Positions 55,423 to 64,000 of a stretch of DNA of 64,000 nt are shown here, piece by piece. A model generated the notes under the pieces. It searched no databases. It was given only the letters and a program-made list of their open reading frames with translations, and had not been told where the DNA came from. Numbering within the stretch: position 1 is the first letter of the stretch; each line of letters opens with the position of its first letter. The stretch comes from an uncultured virus (IMG/VR IMGVR_UViG_3300025121_000017) (taxonomy: Duplodnaviria > Heunggongvirae > Uroviricota > Caudoviricetes), in the IMG/VR virus record IMGVR_UViG_3300025121_000017. One strand, 5' to 3'. The position numbers were made by a program, and so were the translations under genes.

Positions 55423-57423
55423 CTAAAACGGGAAGGCATCGGCAGAAGACTGCCCGGACGCGGGGGTCTCTGCGCTTGGCGTGGGGTCTGCCGCGGCGGG
55501 TGCGCCTTGTGGCCTCCACCACGGGCGGAATGTCCGCCCAACCGGCGCATGCAGGTAGCGCGCGTGCTGCTCTTTGGAGCGCATGGGGCGATTGTCCCAG
55601 CCCATCCGCCGCAGCATGGTGGTAATGTTCTTGCCGAACATGGTGCCCGGACTCCACGTATTTTGCTCACCCTTGCGGGCGAACGCGTTCTCGACGATCA
55701 CTTCGAGCGGGATGTGGTCGCAGTCTTCCCAGTCTCTGGCGCGGAAGACAGGTCGGTCAAGCCATGTCCGAAGTACAGCTTCCTCGTAGTTGTCCTCAAC
55801 CTCGTGCTGCGCCTGCACGTCGATGAGCTGCTGCGCCAGCTCTTCATGCCGCTGCCGGTCGACCCACCAGATTGCGCCTGCAATGTAGAGTTTTACCGCT
55901 GCGGCCCAGATCAAGTCCCGTTCCTGGGCGATAGCGTGCGTATCAATCGATCGATTCTTGTCCCATCCTACGCCGCAAGACACCACAAGAAACCTGCTGA
56001 TCTCTCCCCGGACAGAGTCGTCGTTGAGCACGGCTAGGGGGTTCATCGTACCGAAGATCGCGAACTGGCGCTCGACGTCAACAGCGTGCCGTGCGTATGC
56101 GGGGCGGAACTTGTCTTTGTGTTTCGAGATGAATTGCTTGCACTGCTGTGCGGACGCGCGCCACTTCAATGCTTGATCAAACTCGGGGTACTCGCCAAGC
56201 CACTTGCCTGCTAGCACCTCAATGGCTTTTTTCGTATCGCTGAAGTCGATGTGCTCCTCGGACACCCAAGACCTGTCTGGGGACAAAGCCTGAATGAGTG
56301 AGGATTTCCCAAGATTGCTCCGCCCTTGAAGCACTACCATTTGCTTCACCATGCACCCGGGACCGTGCGTGATGTTGATAGCGCTCGCGTCAGGTCGCCG
56401 GTACTCGAGTCCATACGACTTGGGGTTTTGCCTGTCCATTGCGGCGGGCAGAACGCGAGCCACGGCAGACAGCAGCATTACACGCGACTTGGCCTGCGTC
56501 ACCTCGGGGTGCTCGACTTCCTTACCAGTCTCCGTGTCTATGGACGCGTCACGTGCCCCACAATGCCGCTCAAGGAAGCCGTAGACGAGCGCTTCCGCGT
56601 CCGACGTAGACATTGCGTGCCCGTGGCGCTTGTAGACAGCGGCGAGATACTTGCGCACAGGGTGATAGGTCCAGCGGCGAGCCTCCGTCGAGAGAGCGCG
56701 CTCTACCATTCCTTCGGACACGTCAAGCATGTCATACTGGTGCTGCAGGAACTGCACTACAGGGGTGTAGTCGTGCTCAGTGACGTGCCGGTCGGTGGCG
56801 CGTTCATTAGCCTGCCCCAGGTCATGGAGTCCCGTGGCCTTCGCTAAACGGATTGGCTCCAGCACTACGATCTGGTGGCTGAGCTCGTTAAGGGCTATCT
56901 TGCCTTTGAATTCCTCCGACTCCGCGAAGATGATCTCAAGGTTCCGCGCGTCGCTTGAGTATCGGGTGATGCCATCGCGTCCTTTGCGTGTCTTCAGCTT
57001 CTTGACCCACTCCCCGCGGGAGCCGGACCGAAGACCAGGCTTGTGTTGAGCGGCTAGAGTCTGGCGGTACATGGCACACCGGTCCCGAAATCGCTGCTTC
57101 GCCTCTTGGCACAGCGCGGACGCAAGCGCTTTTTGCTCGCGATGCGTTTCTCGTATTGCGGTCAGCTCTACGTCGAGCTCGGTGGCCCATACTGCGGCTT
57201 GCTCTTCGAACGAGAGCATAGCGCCGTTCGGAGTGCCTCGAGCGGCTCCTCCGGACGATGCTGACGGATCGACCACGGTGTCCTCCATGTGGACGCACTT
57301 TGCCTCAATGGGCTTGGTTTGACTTAGCGGAATGGGAGCAGACTGGACATGCTGTAAGCGCTGCGCGACGTGCTGCCGCGAGATTGAAATGAGTCTAGCT
57401 GAGCTCGGATCGATTGTCACCAA
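55423..57423 (-). CDS. VapE (virulence-associated E)-type primase-associated helicase; start may be 57288
   Basis: YHPVRKYL, PGC...VVLQGRSNLGKSS, FRPAYAR...RQ..IFGTMN, RDLIWAAAV. Confidence 0.85.
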   Translation of the reverse strand: MVTIDPSSARLISISRQHVAQRLQHVQSAPIPLSQTKPIEAKCVHMEDTVVDPSASSGGAARGTPNGAMLSFEEQAAVWATELDVELTAIRETHREQKALASALCQEAKQRFRDRCAMYRQTLAAQHKPGLRSGSRGEWVKKLKTRKGRDGITRYSSDARNLEIIFAESEEFKGKIALNELSHQIVVLEPIRLAKATGLHDLGQANERATDRHVTEHDYTPVVQFLQHQYDMLDVSEGMVERALSTEARRWTYHPVRKYLAAVYKRHGHAMSTSDAEALVYGFLERHCGARDASIDTETGKEVEHPEVTQAKSRVMLLSAVARVLPAAMDRQNPKSYGLEYRRPDASAINITHGPGCMVKQMVVLQGRSNLGKSSLIQALSPDRSWVSEEHIDFSDTKKAIEVLAGKWLGEYPEFDQALKWRASAQQCKQFISKHKDKFRPAYARHAVDVERQFAIFGTMNPLAVLNDDSVRGEISRFLVVSCGVGWDKNRSIDTHAIAQERDLIWAAAVKLYIAGAIWWVDRQRHEELAQQLIDVQAQHEVEDNYEEAVLRTWLDRPVFRARDWEDCDHIPLEVIVENAFARKGEQNTWSPGTMFGKNITTMLRRMGWDNRPMRSKEQHARYLHAPVGRTFRPWWRPQGAPAAADPTPSAETPASGQSSADAFPF

Positions 57424-57460
57424 AATTCTTAGAATAAAGTGCAGCGATTACGGTAAGTTA

Positions 57461-57471
57461 GTCAATGACAT
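57461..57471 (-). promoter_or_regulatory. ATGTCATTGAC box upstream of the helicase gene
   Basis: GTCAATGACAT on the + strand; -35 reads TTGACT. Confidence 0.55.
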
Positions 57472-57520
57472 TTTTCTGGCGGTCCGGGTTCGCGCGAGCG
57501 CGCGATTTGTGAAACTTTTA

Positions 57521-57549
57521 TTGCCACTAAGCGCCGGGGGTGCTACACT
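57521..57549 (+). promoter_or_regulatory. sigma70-like promoter of a candidate sRNA
   Basis: TTGCCA-N17-TACACT with extended TG. Confidence 0.55.
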
Positions 57550-57555
57550 GTCTTG

Positions 57556-57633
57556 GTCCCTCCATGCACTCCCCGCCTTTATATGCTGTAAGTGTGAACA
57601 GCCCCCGCATCTCGGTGCGGGGGCTGTTTTTTT
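57556..57633 (+). ncRNA. Candidate ~80-nt small RNA
   Basis: Short span between a promoter and an intrinsic terminator; contains no complete ORF. Confidence 0.45.
57597..57633 (+). terminator. Rho-independent terminator
   Basis: AACAGCCCCCGCA-TCTCGG-TGCGGGGGCTGTT followed by a T-run. Confidence 0.85.
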
Positions 57634-57698
57634 ATTCACCAATCCATGCTACAATCCGCCTACTTATACTTCCCCTTACTTACTCCACGAGGTATTCC

Positions 57699-59621
57699 AT
57701 GTCCCAACTCACCTCCTCCGGCCTAAAATACAAAGCCAGCACCACCACCAACCTCAAGCTCGGCCACGACGAGCTCTCCTGGCTCCAATACGAAAATGAC
57801 GAACGCATCCGCCTGGACCGCCTCGGCACCTTCGCCCGGACCGGCCTCGTCATCAACCGTCGCTCCGGTGGCCAACTCGAAGACGACTGGATCGTCGCCG
57901 AAGACGGCAGCAACGCCGGCTACCTGGTCCTGGGCACAAGCTCCCTCGGGCAGCAGGTCGCCGTCGACCCGGACGGCTACGTGCTCCGCGTCTCCGGGCA
58001 GCACCGCCCCTACACACTGGTCCCGCCGAAGACGCTCTCCCTCGTCGTCCCCAACGATGGCACCTGGCGCACGCTCGTCATGCGCCGCGCCACGACAGCC
58101 TACGAGCCGGGCACGCTGGCGTTTACGAACGCGAACGCTGGGCTTGTCGGCACCAGCACCACCCTGACGCGCTACGCGGGCTCTGGCGAGGGCGGAGCGC
58201 ACGGAACCTACGTCAAGATCGACCCCGCGGACCAGGCGACGCTGGGAGCCTCCGACGGCGGGCAGGGTGCGGGTGTCTGGGAGCTCCTGAGTGTCGCCTC
58301 GGACACCGGCGCGACGATGGGACGCAACGCCACTGCCACGGCGTCCGGCGTGCCGTTCTCGATCGCGGGGAGCTATCACGCAGCGGAGCCGGCGTCGAGC
58401 GTCCGGGACGTGCACCTCAGGCCTGCTATTACGTTCGAGCTAGTCACACGGACGAGACTGCCTTCGAATGATGACATCGTGCTGGCGGACGTGCAGCGGT
58501 CCGGCGGGGTAATGGCGATTATCGACAGGCGGGAGTGTAGCCTGGCGTATGGGAAGAAGGGGGAGGGGGTGCAAGGGGCAGAGGCGGCTCCGGTGCTTCA
58601 GATAGCGGAGGCCGGTGGGCTGTCCATTGTGTCTACCGTCGTTTTCGAGTCCGACGCAGCGACACCCCTAGCCTTCTCGATGGCTGAGACAGACGATCAG
58701 CAGATTCTGTGCGTCCGCGCAAAGGCCACGATCGTAGCGTGTCGGCTCTACAACCCGCGCTCTGGCGTTCTCGGGACGCTGACCACGATCGCCACCACGA
58801 CCGCCACGTCCGGGGCTTCAATCCTTCGCGTACCGGTGAGCGACGGCACGTACCGGCACCTGTGCTTCTACGACGACCAGGACGTGATCTACTTCAAGGC
58901 GAGCACGGACAGCGGCGCAACCTGGGGGGCTGCCACGACGGTGTGGGACGTGAGCGCCGTCGCTGGCCCGCCGACGCTGCGGCAGCCGTTTGCGCTCCTG
59001 CTACGGAGCCACCGGCTCGCGGTGATGGCTGCATATGATGATGGGACATCGGTCGCGAAAGTCGTGGTGTCGGACACGTACGGGGCGAGCTGGTCCACCA
59101 ATTCGAATGAGGGGTGGGCTGTGACTTCGGTTGCGGCGATCAGCGAACCTGCGATGGTGCAGGACCCGGTGACGGGTTGGGTGTGGGTGTCGGTTGAGTA
59201 TAACGACCTGATCCAAACAATCGCAGTGACACCTGTTTTAGACGAAACGTTGACGGGGGAGGTAACCGCTGTTGGCGTGGCTTTAGCCAAAGACGCTGAT
59301 AATAGCTCGCAGTCTGGCCCTGGAGCGATGTTTCTGAATGAAGCAGGTCAGATCGCTGTATTCTACGGAGAGTATGACAGCGGGAACACAGATACGTTTC
59401 TTCACGCGGCGCGCGTCGGCGCGGAAGACCTAGGAGGGGCTGCGGTGGACGCTCGGCAGTACACCAATAGGCGCTTTCGCATATTATACACAGAAACAGA
59501 TCAGAAAAAACCACACGCGTGCACGCTGACCACACGAGACGGCGGTCGCTGGCTTGGCTATTTTGATGCGGTGGGTGCGGCGAACTTCACTGGAGAACTT
59601 ATGCCGATACTGTTACGCTGA
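57699..59621 (+). CDS. Tail appendage/receptor-binding-like protein with Asp-box (BNR) beta-propeller
   Basis: STDSGATW and SDTYGASW Asp boxes; IVLADV....IIDRR N-terminal tail motif; TGCTACAAT promoter and GAGGT RBS. Confidence 0.65.
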   Translation: MSQLTSSGLKYKASTTTNLKLGHDELSWLQYENDERIRLDRLGTFARTGLVINRRSGGQLEDDWIVAEDGSNAGYLVLGTSSLGQQVAVDPDGYVLRVSGQHRPYTLVPPKTLSLVVPNDGTWRTLVMRRATTAYEPGTLAFTNANAGLVGTSTTLTRYAGSGEGGAHGTYVKIDPADQATLGASDGGQGAGVWELLSVASDTGATMGRNATATASGVPFSIAGSYHAAEPASSVRDVHLRPAITFELVTRTRLPSNDDIVLADVQRSGGVMAIIDRRECSLAYGKKGEGVQGAEAAPVLQIAEAGGLSIVSTVVFESDAATPLAFSMAETDDQQILCVRAKATIVACRLYNPRSGVLGTLTTIATTTATSGASILRVPVSDGTYRHLCFYDDQDVIYFKASTDSGATWGAATTVWDVSAVAGPPTLRQPFALLLRSHRLAVMAAYDDGTSVAKVVVSDTYGASWSTNSNEGWAVTSVAAISEPAMVQDPVTGWVWVSVEYNDLIQTIAVTPVLDETLTGEVTAVGVALAKDADNSSQSGPGAMFLNEAGQIAVFYGEYDSGNTDTFLHAARVGAEDLGGAAVDARQYTNRRFRILYTETDQKKPHACTLTTRDGGRWLGYFDAVGAANFTGELMPILLR

Positions 59622-60514
59622 TACGTTTCCGCCAGATCCGGCGCTTCAGTCTGGAGATTTGCGTCGGTAGAGATGGGTATGCTTATGTCGCAATCCTCAT
59701 CCCTGATACTATCACAGTCGTTGTCGTCCCCATCGCATATCTCTGGGGCACCCGGATAGGTATCAGCCCCGCTATACCCAGGATCATCTCGGTCGTTACA
59801 GTCGCCATTGGCGATAGAATACCCGTCCCCGTCAGCGTCATCAGTGTCCATGTAGTCCTCGTCAATCGACCCATCACAGTCATTATCTATGCCGTCTCCG
59901 ATTTCGTTAGCACCTGGGTACACGTAGAAAGAATAGTCGTTGCAGTCGCCGTCTTCCTCGGTTTGCCCGTCTCCGTCATCGTCCGTGTAAATCGTGTGAT
60001 TGTCGATCTGCCAATCGCAATCGTTGTCGATACCATCCACCGGATCCCCCACACCTGGATGTATCTCCGGATCTTGGTCGTTACAATCCGTCTTCACGCG
60101 CGAGTATCCAAGCGGAGGATCGCACGACTTAACCGTCACTGTGGTCAGTTCACTCCCGTACGTGTCCGCGTCCGCGTCGATGTAGTAGAGGTAGTAATCC
60201 CCGCCCACATCCGTCCCGCCGTCGCAGTTATCGTCCACATCGTTACAGATCTCATCCGCCCCCGGATTGACGTCCGCGTCCGCGTCATCGCAGTCGTACT
60301 TGCTCGAGTATCCGTCCCCGTCCGCGTCCTCCGCCCCAGATGTGTCGTCGCCGTCGCCGTCCCCGGGCGCCACAGTAGGCTCAGGCGTGCCGTCCCCGGG
60401 AACGGAGGACGGGTCTCCGTCGTCGTCATCCTCATAGTCCTCTCCGCTACATCCACCCGCGGTGAGTGTCAGCAACATAGCGATAATAAGTCCAAACCTG
60501 CGTGTCTGTGTCAT
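59558..60514 (-). CDS. Lipoprotein with repeated DxDGDG..DCxD..PGA.EICDG.DNDCD (MopE-like metal-binding) repeats
   Basis: Signal peptide ending AGGC; four Cys/Asp repeats. Confidence 0.8.
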   Translation of the reverse strand: MTQTRRFGLIIAMLLTLTAGGCSGEDYEDDDDGDPSSVPGDGTPEPTVAPGDGDGDDTSGAEDADGDGYSSKYDCDDADADVNPGADEICNDVDDNCDGGTDVGGDYYLYYIDADADTYGSELTTVTVKSCDPPLGYSRVKTDCNDQDPEIHPGVGDPVDGIDNDCDWQIDNHTIYTDDDGDGQTEEDGDCNDYSFYVYPGANEIGDGIDNDCDGSIDEDYMDTDDADGDGYSIANGDCNDRDDPGYSGADTYPGAPEICDGDDNDCDSIRDEDCDISIPISTDANLQTEAPDLAETYQRNSIGISSPVKFAAPTASK

Positions 60515-60580
60515 AAAGTGGCCCTGTCTGTACCAGTTGTTGTGCGTTGAATGCACCGGACGAGTCCGATGCTCTCGTTG

Positions 60581-60612
60581 AGTTTAGCTTGGCAAGTGAG
60601 GAAATGTCAATG
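60581..60612 (-). promoter_or_regulatory. Promoter with a degenerate box
   Basis: Minus strand CATTGACAT; TTGACA-N18-TAAACT. Confidence 0.55.
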
Positions 60613-60629
60613 CAAGTCTAACCTGGAAC

Positions 60630-61634
60630 TTAAGGTAGCTCGACGAGCTCATCTTGCGCCGCACTCACATCTACGTCGGCTGCGTCGGCCCCGAGTAGGA
60701 GGCCGATCGTGTGGCTGTCGTTGACGCCGTCGAGGTTAATGTCGTAGTCCGGTGCACCCTGCGCCTCTAGTGTCTCGTCGACCTCCGCTAGAATGGCTTC
60801 CGTGTCAAGTTCCTCAAGTCCTTCTACGTGGGCACGTATGTCAAGCAGGGCGTAGTTGACCCACGAGAGCACGTCTTCGGTCAGGACAGCGCCTCCACTC
60901 GCGATGTTGGTCATCCTCGCGGGCGAGTACGTGTCGGTTACTGTCTTTCCGGCGTGCAGCACCATAGAAATAGGACGCGTGGTCTCATTTCCGTACGCGT
61001 CCAGCGCTGCCAGGTAAAGAGTGAGCGTCACGCTCCCAGGCCCGAAAGTCGTGTGCCCGTCCGGGATGAAGCTGCTCGTGCTCTGCGCTCCCAGCGAAGC
61101 TTCCAGCGTCCAGGACTCTCCGCTAGGTTGCCCAGCGTACCAATTCAAGTCCACTGCAGCGCCGTCTCCGCTGAATTCAAGGACATAGTTGACCTGGCCT
61201 GCGGCGACGGGACTGTACACCGCAGCGGCAAGCGCCTCGCTGGACAGCTCCCGGTCGAGGACTGCCTGCGCATCAAGAAATATCGTGTCCCCGCAGAGTG
61301 TAGGGGATCCGGGCTCGCACTCGTCCCCGAATGGTAAATCACCGGATTTCAACGTCGCTTCGATAGACTCGAGGGCGATAGAATGCGCCAGGTCAAGTGT
61401 GTCCCCGATGCGGTTGTCGACGGACCCGTCATCGTCAAGATCTACTCCTGAAGCGGAGTCGCTCAGCTCGACCGAGAAGACGTGAAGGTAATCATGGATC
61501 GGCGTTGGGACGGGAGACGCCTCCGCGATTGGGGTTGAGGAGGGGCTGTCGTCGTCTCCATCCTCTTCTCCGCTGCAACCGGCGAGAGAAACCAACAGCA
61601 CGATACTACACATGAATCGGCTCAACAGAGACAT
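60630..61634 (-). CDS. Acidic lipoprotein
   Basis: LAGC lipobox; GVDLDDDGSVDN motif; AGGAG RBS. Confidence 0.75.
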   Translation of the reverse strand: MSLLSRFMCSIVLLVSLAGCSGEEDGDDDSPSSTPIAEASPVPTPIHDYLHVFSVELSDSASGVDLDDDGSVDNRIGDTLDLAHSIALESIEATLKSGDLPFGDECEPGSPTLCGDTIFLDAQAVLDRELSSEALAAAVYSPVAAGQVNYVLEFSGDGAAVDLNWYAGQPSGESWTLEASLGAQSTSSFIPDGHTTFGPGSVTLTLYLAALDAYGNETTRPISMVLHAGKTVTDTYSPARMTNIASGGAVLTEDVLSWVNYALLDIRAHVEGLEELDTEAILAEVDETLEAQGAPDYDINLDGVNDSHTIGLLLGADAADVDVSAAQDELVELP

Positions 61635-61670
61635 ACTGTCACTCCTATTAACATTTGACTAAATGGAACC

Positions 61671-62141
61671 TCACGGCAGCGCGCTTGGCTCTTCCGGCGG
61701 ATCAATCTCGAGCCGCCGCTCGATCTCTTCCCGTAGCCAGGCCGGCACATCAACCCCGCCGTCCGCGCGCCTCTCTGTGCACCAACATTCGTGGACATTA
61801 TCCCAAAGCTGATGCCCAGCGCCAGTATCCCGCCAGACGTACCGCCGGGGCTCTCGCTCCGTAGGTGTCATCCAGAGAGACGCTGGCGTGTACCAAAGCC
61901 ACGGACGCTCGTGAAAGGGCTGTCCCGCTCCACTCGTTTCAGTGGCGACCAGCAACATAGGCATGGTTCGGCGCAAAGAGCTGGCCGTGCGCAGCACGAA
62001 TACCGAAGCGTGGTGAAGGTCTGGTCGCTCGTCCCAGACTCGGTTCAGGTGCGGCACGGCATCCTCGTGCGGGGTGAGTGCGGCGAGGACGGTGCCGTGT
62101 TGTCCGGTAGAGCGGTGGACGACTGTGCAGCCAGGCTTCAT
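61671..62141 (-). CDS. Hypothetical protein
   Basis: ATGA-coupled to the exonuclease gene. Confidence 0.55.
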   Translation of the reverse strand: MKPGCTVVHRSTGQHGTVLAALTPHEDAVPHLNRVWDERPDLHHASVFVLRTASSLRRTMPMLLVATETSGAGQPFHERPWLWYTPASLWMTPTEREPRRYVWRDTGAGHQLWDNVHECWCTERRADGGVDVPAWLREEIERRLEIDPPEEPSALP

Positions 62142-63046
62142 GTGCGCTGCTCCTCGCTGAGGGGGATGTCCAGCCCGTCCTCAAGACTCACGAGCCAGTA
62201 CGTTTCTCGGATCGTTTCCTGCACCGCCTTCAGCGCCGCCACGTCCCCGCACTCCCGCTTGTCACATTTTGGAGCCCGCGCCGGATGACACATGCTCGCT
62301 CCGGACCTGGCCAGCGCCTTCAGCGTAGCCTCTGACAGCCTCCGCCACTGCACTTTCCCGTGCAAACAGTCTCTGACCAGCTCCGGATACTCCATCAACG
62401 CCGCGTCCGCGACCTTCTCCCCAACACCTGGCAGCCCCCGAATATTATCCCCCGCATCGCCCCGCAGCGCCTTCCGGTGCGTGTGGGCTGTCGCCGCGTG
62501 CTGCCCGCGGATGTCCACCGTCACCGGGTCACACAGCGCCCCGTCACGCGGGTGCAGCTGGTGCACGGTCCCACAGACGAGCTGGTGAAGGTCCCGGTCC
62601 TCAGAGATGATGAGCACGCGCTGATTCTGGGCGCGCAGCTGCCGGACCAGGGACGCGATCACGTCGTCGGCCTCGTAGTCTCGCTCGACAGGTTGGGCAT
62701 AGCCGCGAAGCTTGGCGGTGCGGTAGACGGCGTGCATGGCGGCACGGAGCTCCGGGTCTTTGGCCGCGCGGCCAAATTTGTAACACGGGTGAAGTGCGCG
62801 GCGGCTGGCGCGGTTGTCGGCACCGTCCCAGGTGAGCACGACTCGAGCGGCGGAGTAGCGCTCGAGGACCGGGTCGAGCTTTGACCAGACGAGGGTTGAG
62901 ACTTCCTTCGCGCGGGCCGGGCCAGGCGCGGGAGGCACCATTGCGTGGGCGGGGTGAGTGACGCCGTTGCCGTCGATGAGGATGACGTCGTAAGTCTCGT
63001 GTGTGCTGCTGGACATGGCGGCGAGCAGGTCGTCGATGGAATCCAT
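62138..63046 (-). CDS. 5'-3' exonuclease / flap endonuclease (PolI N-terminal-like)
   Basis: LIDGN, TWDG, YK.GR, YEADDVIA, SEDRDLHQL, LRGDAGDNIRGLPGVGEK.A. Confidence 0.92.
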   Translation of the reverse strand: MDSIDDLLAAMSSSTHETYDVILIDGNGVTHPAHAMVPPAPGPARAKEVSTLVWSKLDPVLERYSAARVVLTWDGADNRASRRALHPCYKFGRAAKDPELRAAMHAVYRTAKLRGYAQPVERDYEADDVIASLVRQLRAQNQRVLIISEDRDLHQLVCGTVHQLHPRDGALCDPVTVDIRGQHAATAHTHRKALRGDAGDNIRGLPGVGEKVADAALMEYPELVRDCLHGKVQWRRLSEATLKALARSGASMCHPARAPKCDKRECGDVAALKAVQETIRETYWLVSLEDGLDIPLSEEQRT

Positions 63047-63264
63047 TACTTCGTGTCCTTCTTCAGAAATTCAAGTGCCCGCGCTACGGCGCAGTCGTCC
63101 GCGTGCGGAGGCACTTTACAGCGGTAAGCGACCACACCGCACTCATAGCAGAAATTGCTTTCGTTGTCCTCGGCATCGTGCGAGAATTGCGCCACTTCGA
63201 GGAAGTCAGTCAGCGCCTCGAGTATTGCCAGCGCCTGTTGCGCGCGGTCGTTGCTCACGGTCAT
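63046..63264 (-). CDS. Small Cys/His protein
   Basis: CYECG...HADDC; coupled to both neighbours. Confidence 0.55.
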   Translation of the reverse strand: MTVSNDRAQQALAILEALTDFLEVAQFSHDAEDNESNFCYECGVVAYRCKVPPHADDCAVARALEFLKKDTK

Positions 63265-63662
63265 CCTCCACAAATCCAGTGTAGGATCCCATCTCGCCCC
63301 CGCACCGCGTTATCCAGTTCATACTCCGGACGCTCCCCTGGCCTATAAAGCGCCCACATCTCCCCCTCCGGGTGTGCCACACAAACCCGCGCCCCATCCG
63401 GATCCCGCGCGCAGATCGCCCGGACAAACTCATCCTGCGCAGCCCGCCTCGGACTTCCAAAAAGCGCGAGCCAACCGATCCGCTCCGGCAGCGTCTTCCG
63501 GCTCCACATCTTGAACTCGAGCCAGCAGTGCCGCCCGGACGCGGATAGGAAGTAACGATCCGGGACACCGGTCTGGTACAGCGAGCCCGCGAGCACCTGC
63601 GTCTTGCAGCCTCGCTTCTCCGCCGCGGCGGAGAAGGCGCGTGTGGCTTCGGATTCGGTCAT
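63261..63662 (-). CDS. PD-(D/E)xK nuclease, VRR-NUC/Holliday-junction resolvase-like
   Basis: MTES...GVPD...WLEFK...Q. Confidence 0.75.
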   Translation of the reverse strand: MTESEATRAFSAAAEKRGCKTQVLAGSLYQTGVPDRYFLSASGRHCWLEFKMWSRKTLPERIGWLALFGSPRRAAQDEFVRAICARDPDGARVCVAHPEGEMWALYRPGERPEYELDNAVRGRDGILHWICGG

Positions 63663-64000
63663 CGCAGCGCCTCCGGCACCGACTCTGCCAGCTCCACGGC
63701 GCGGCGAACTTCCTCCCGCTCCAGGTCCACCTGATGTGCTAGCTGCTGCAAGTAGACCGGGGCTTCGTTCCAGCGAACCGCCTCAAGCGTTGAGACGCAT
63801 CGCCCGCGAGAGCCAGGCCCTTGTGCTGACGTGCGGCAGGCACGAAGGGCAGCCTGTCGCGTTGCCGCCGTAAATGTCCCGGACACGCTGACGTTGCGCC
63901 CCTTAGCGTCACGCGCGCGTCTGCCGCGCCGACGGTAGTACACGATCCAACGTCCGACTTCAGGCGCAGTTTGCATAGTCCCCTCCAGCCTCATCCACAA
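63659..64000 (-). CDS. Hypothetical protein, possibly 5'-partial
   Basis: ATGA-coupled to the nuclease gene; runs to the window edge. Confidence 0.5.
   Translation of the reverse strand: MWMRLEGTMQTAPEVGRWIVYYRRRGRRARDAKGRNVSVSGTFTAATRQAALRACRTSAQGPGSRGRCVSTLEAVRWNEAPVYLQQLAHQVDLEREEVRRAVELAESVPEALR

Noticed and set aside
1..64000. tRNA, rRNA, integrase, terminase or portal genes
   Set aside because: No recognisable signatures; lifestyle (temperate vs lytic) cannot be determined from this window

Overview
A high-GC fragment of a large contractile-tailed dsDNA phage; no host-chromosome flank, terminase or portal is visible. Layout: (i) 1-22 kb, accessory/early genes (KhpA-like KH protein, SpoT/MESH1-like HD hydrolase, DUF4942-type adenine MTase, peptide deformylase) plus giant modular low-complexity proteins. 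(ii) 22.7-49.9 kb, an SPO1/Herelleviridae-like morphogenesis block (prohead protease, scaffold, capsid, neck, sheath, tube, chaperones, tape measure, baseplate). (iii) 49.9-64 kb, mostly minus-strand replication and accessory genes (HNH fusion, iteron-rich putative origin, VapE-type helicase, 5'-3' exonuclease, PD-(D/E)xK nuclease, two acidic lipoproteins) around one plus-strand tail-appendage gene. The main finding is three IS607-type TnpB cassettes with intact catalytic residues and conserved omegaRNA scaffolds ending GAGAGTAGCAG. The third sits in the 3' end of the putative baseplate-hub gene and carries a synonymously recoded replacement of the last 23 codons plus stop (38952-39023). A second version of the same codons lies exactly where the guide is read (40309-40380), which suggests an RNA-guided 'cleave-and-rescue' homing element. 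Also seen: a polar palindromic promoter/operator (ATGTCA-T-TGACAT) at about 10 sites, one inside a 1679-aa ORF; a recurrent K-G putative protease-cleavage motif; a candidate ~80-nt sRNA; and a sawtooth C-rich to G-rich compositional pattern. Product calls come from motif recognition by eye and gene order; no database searches were run.
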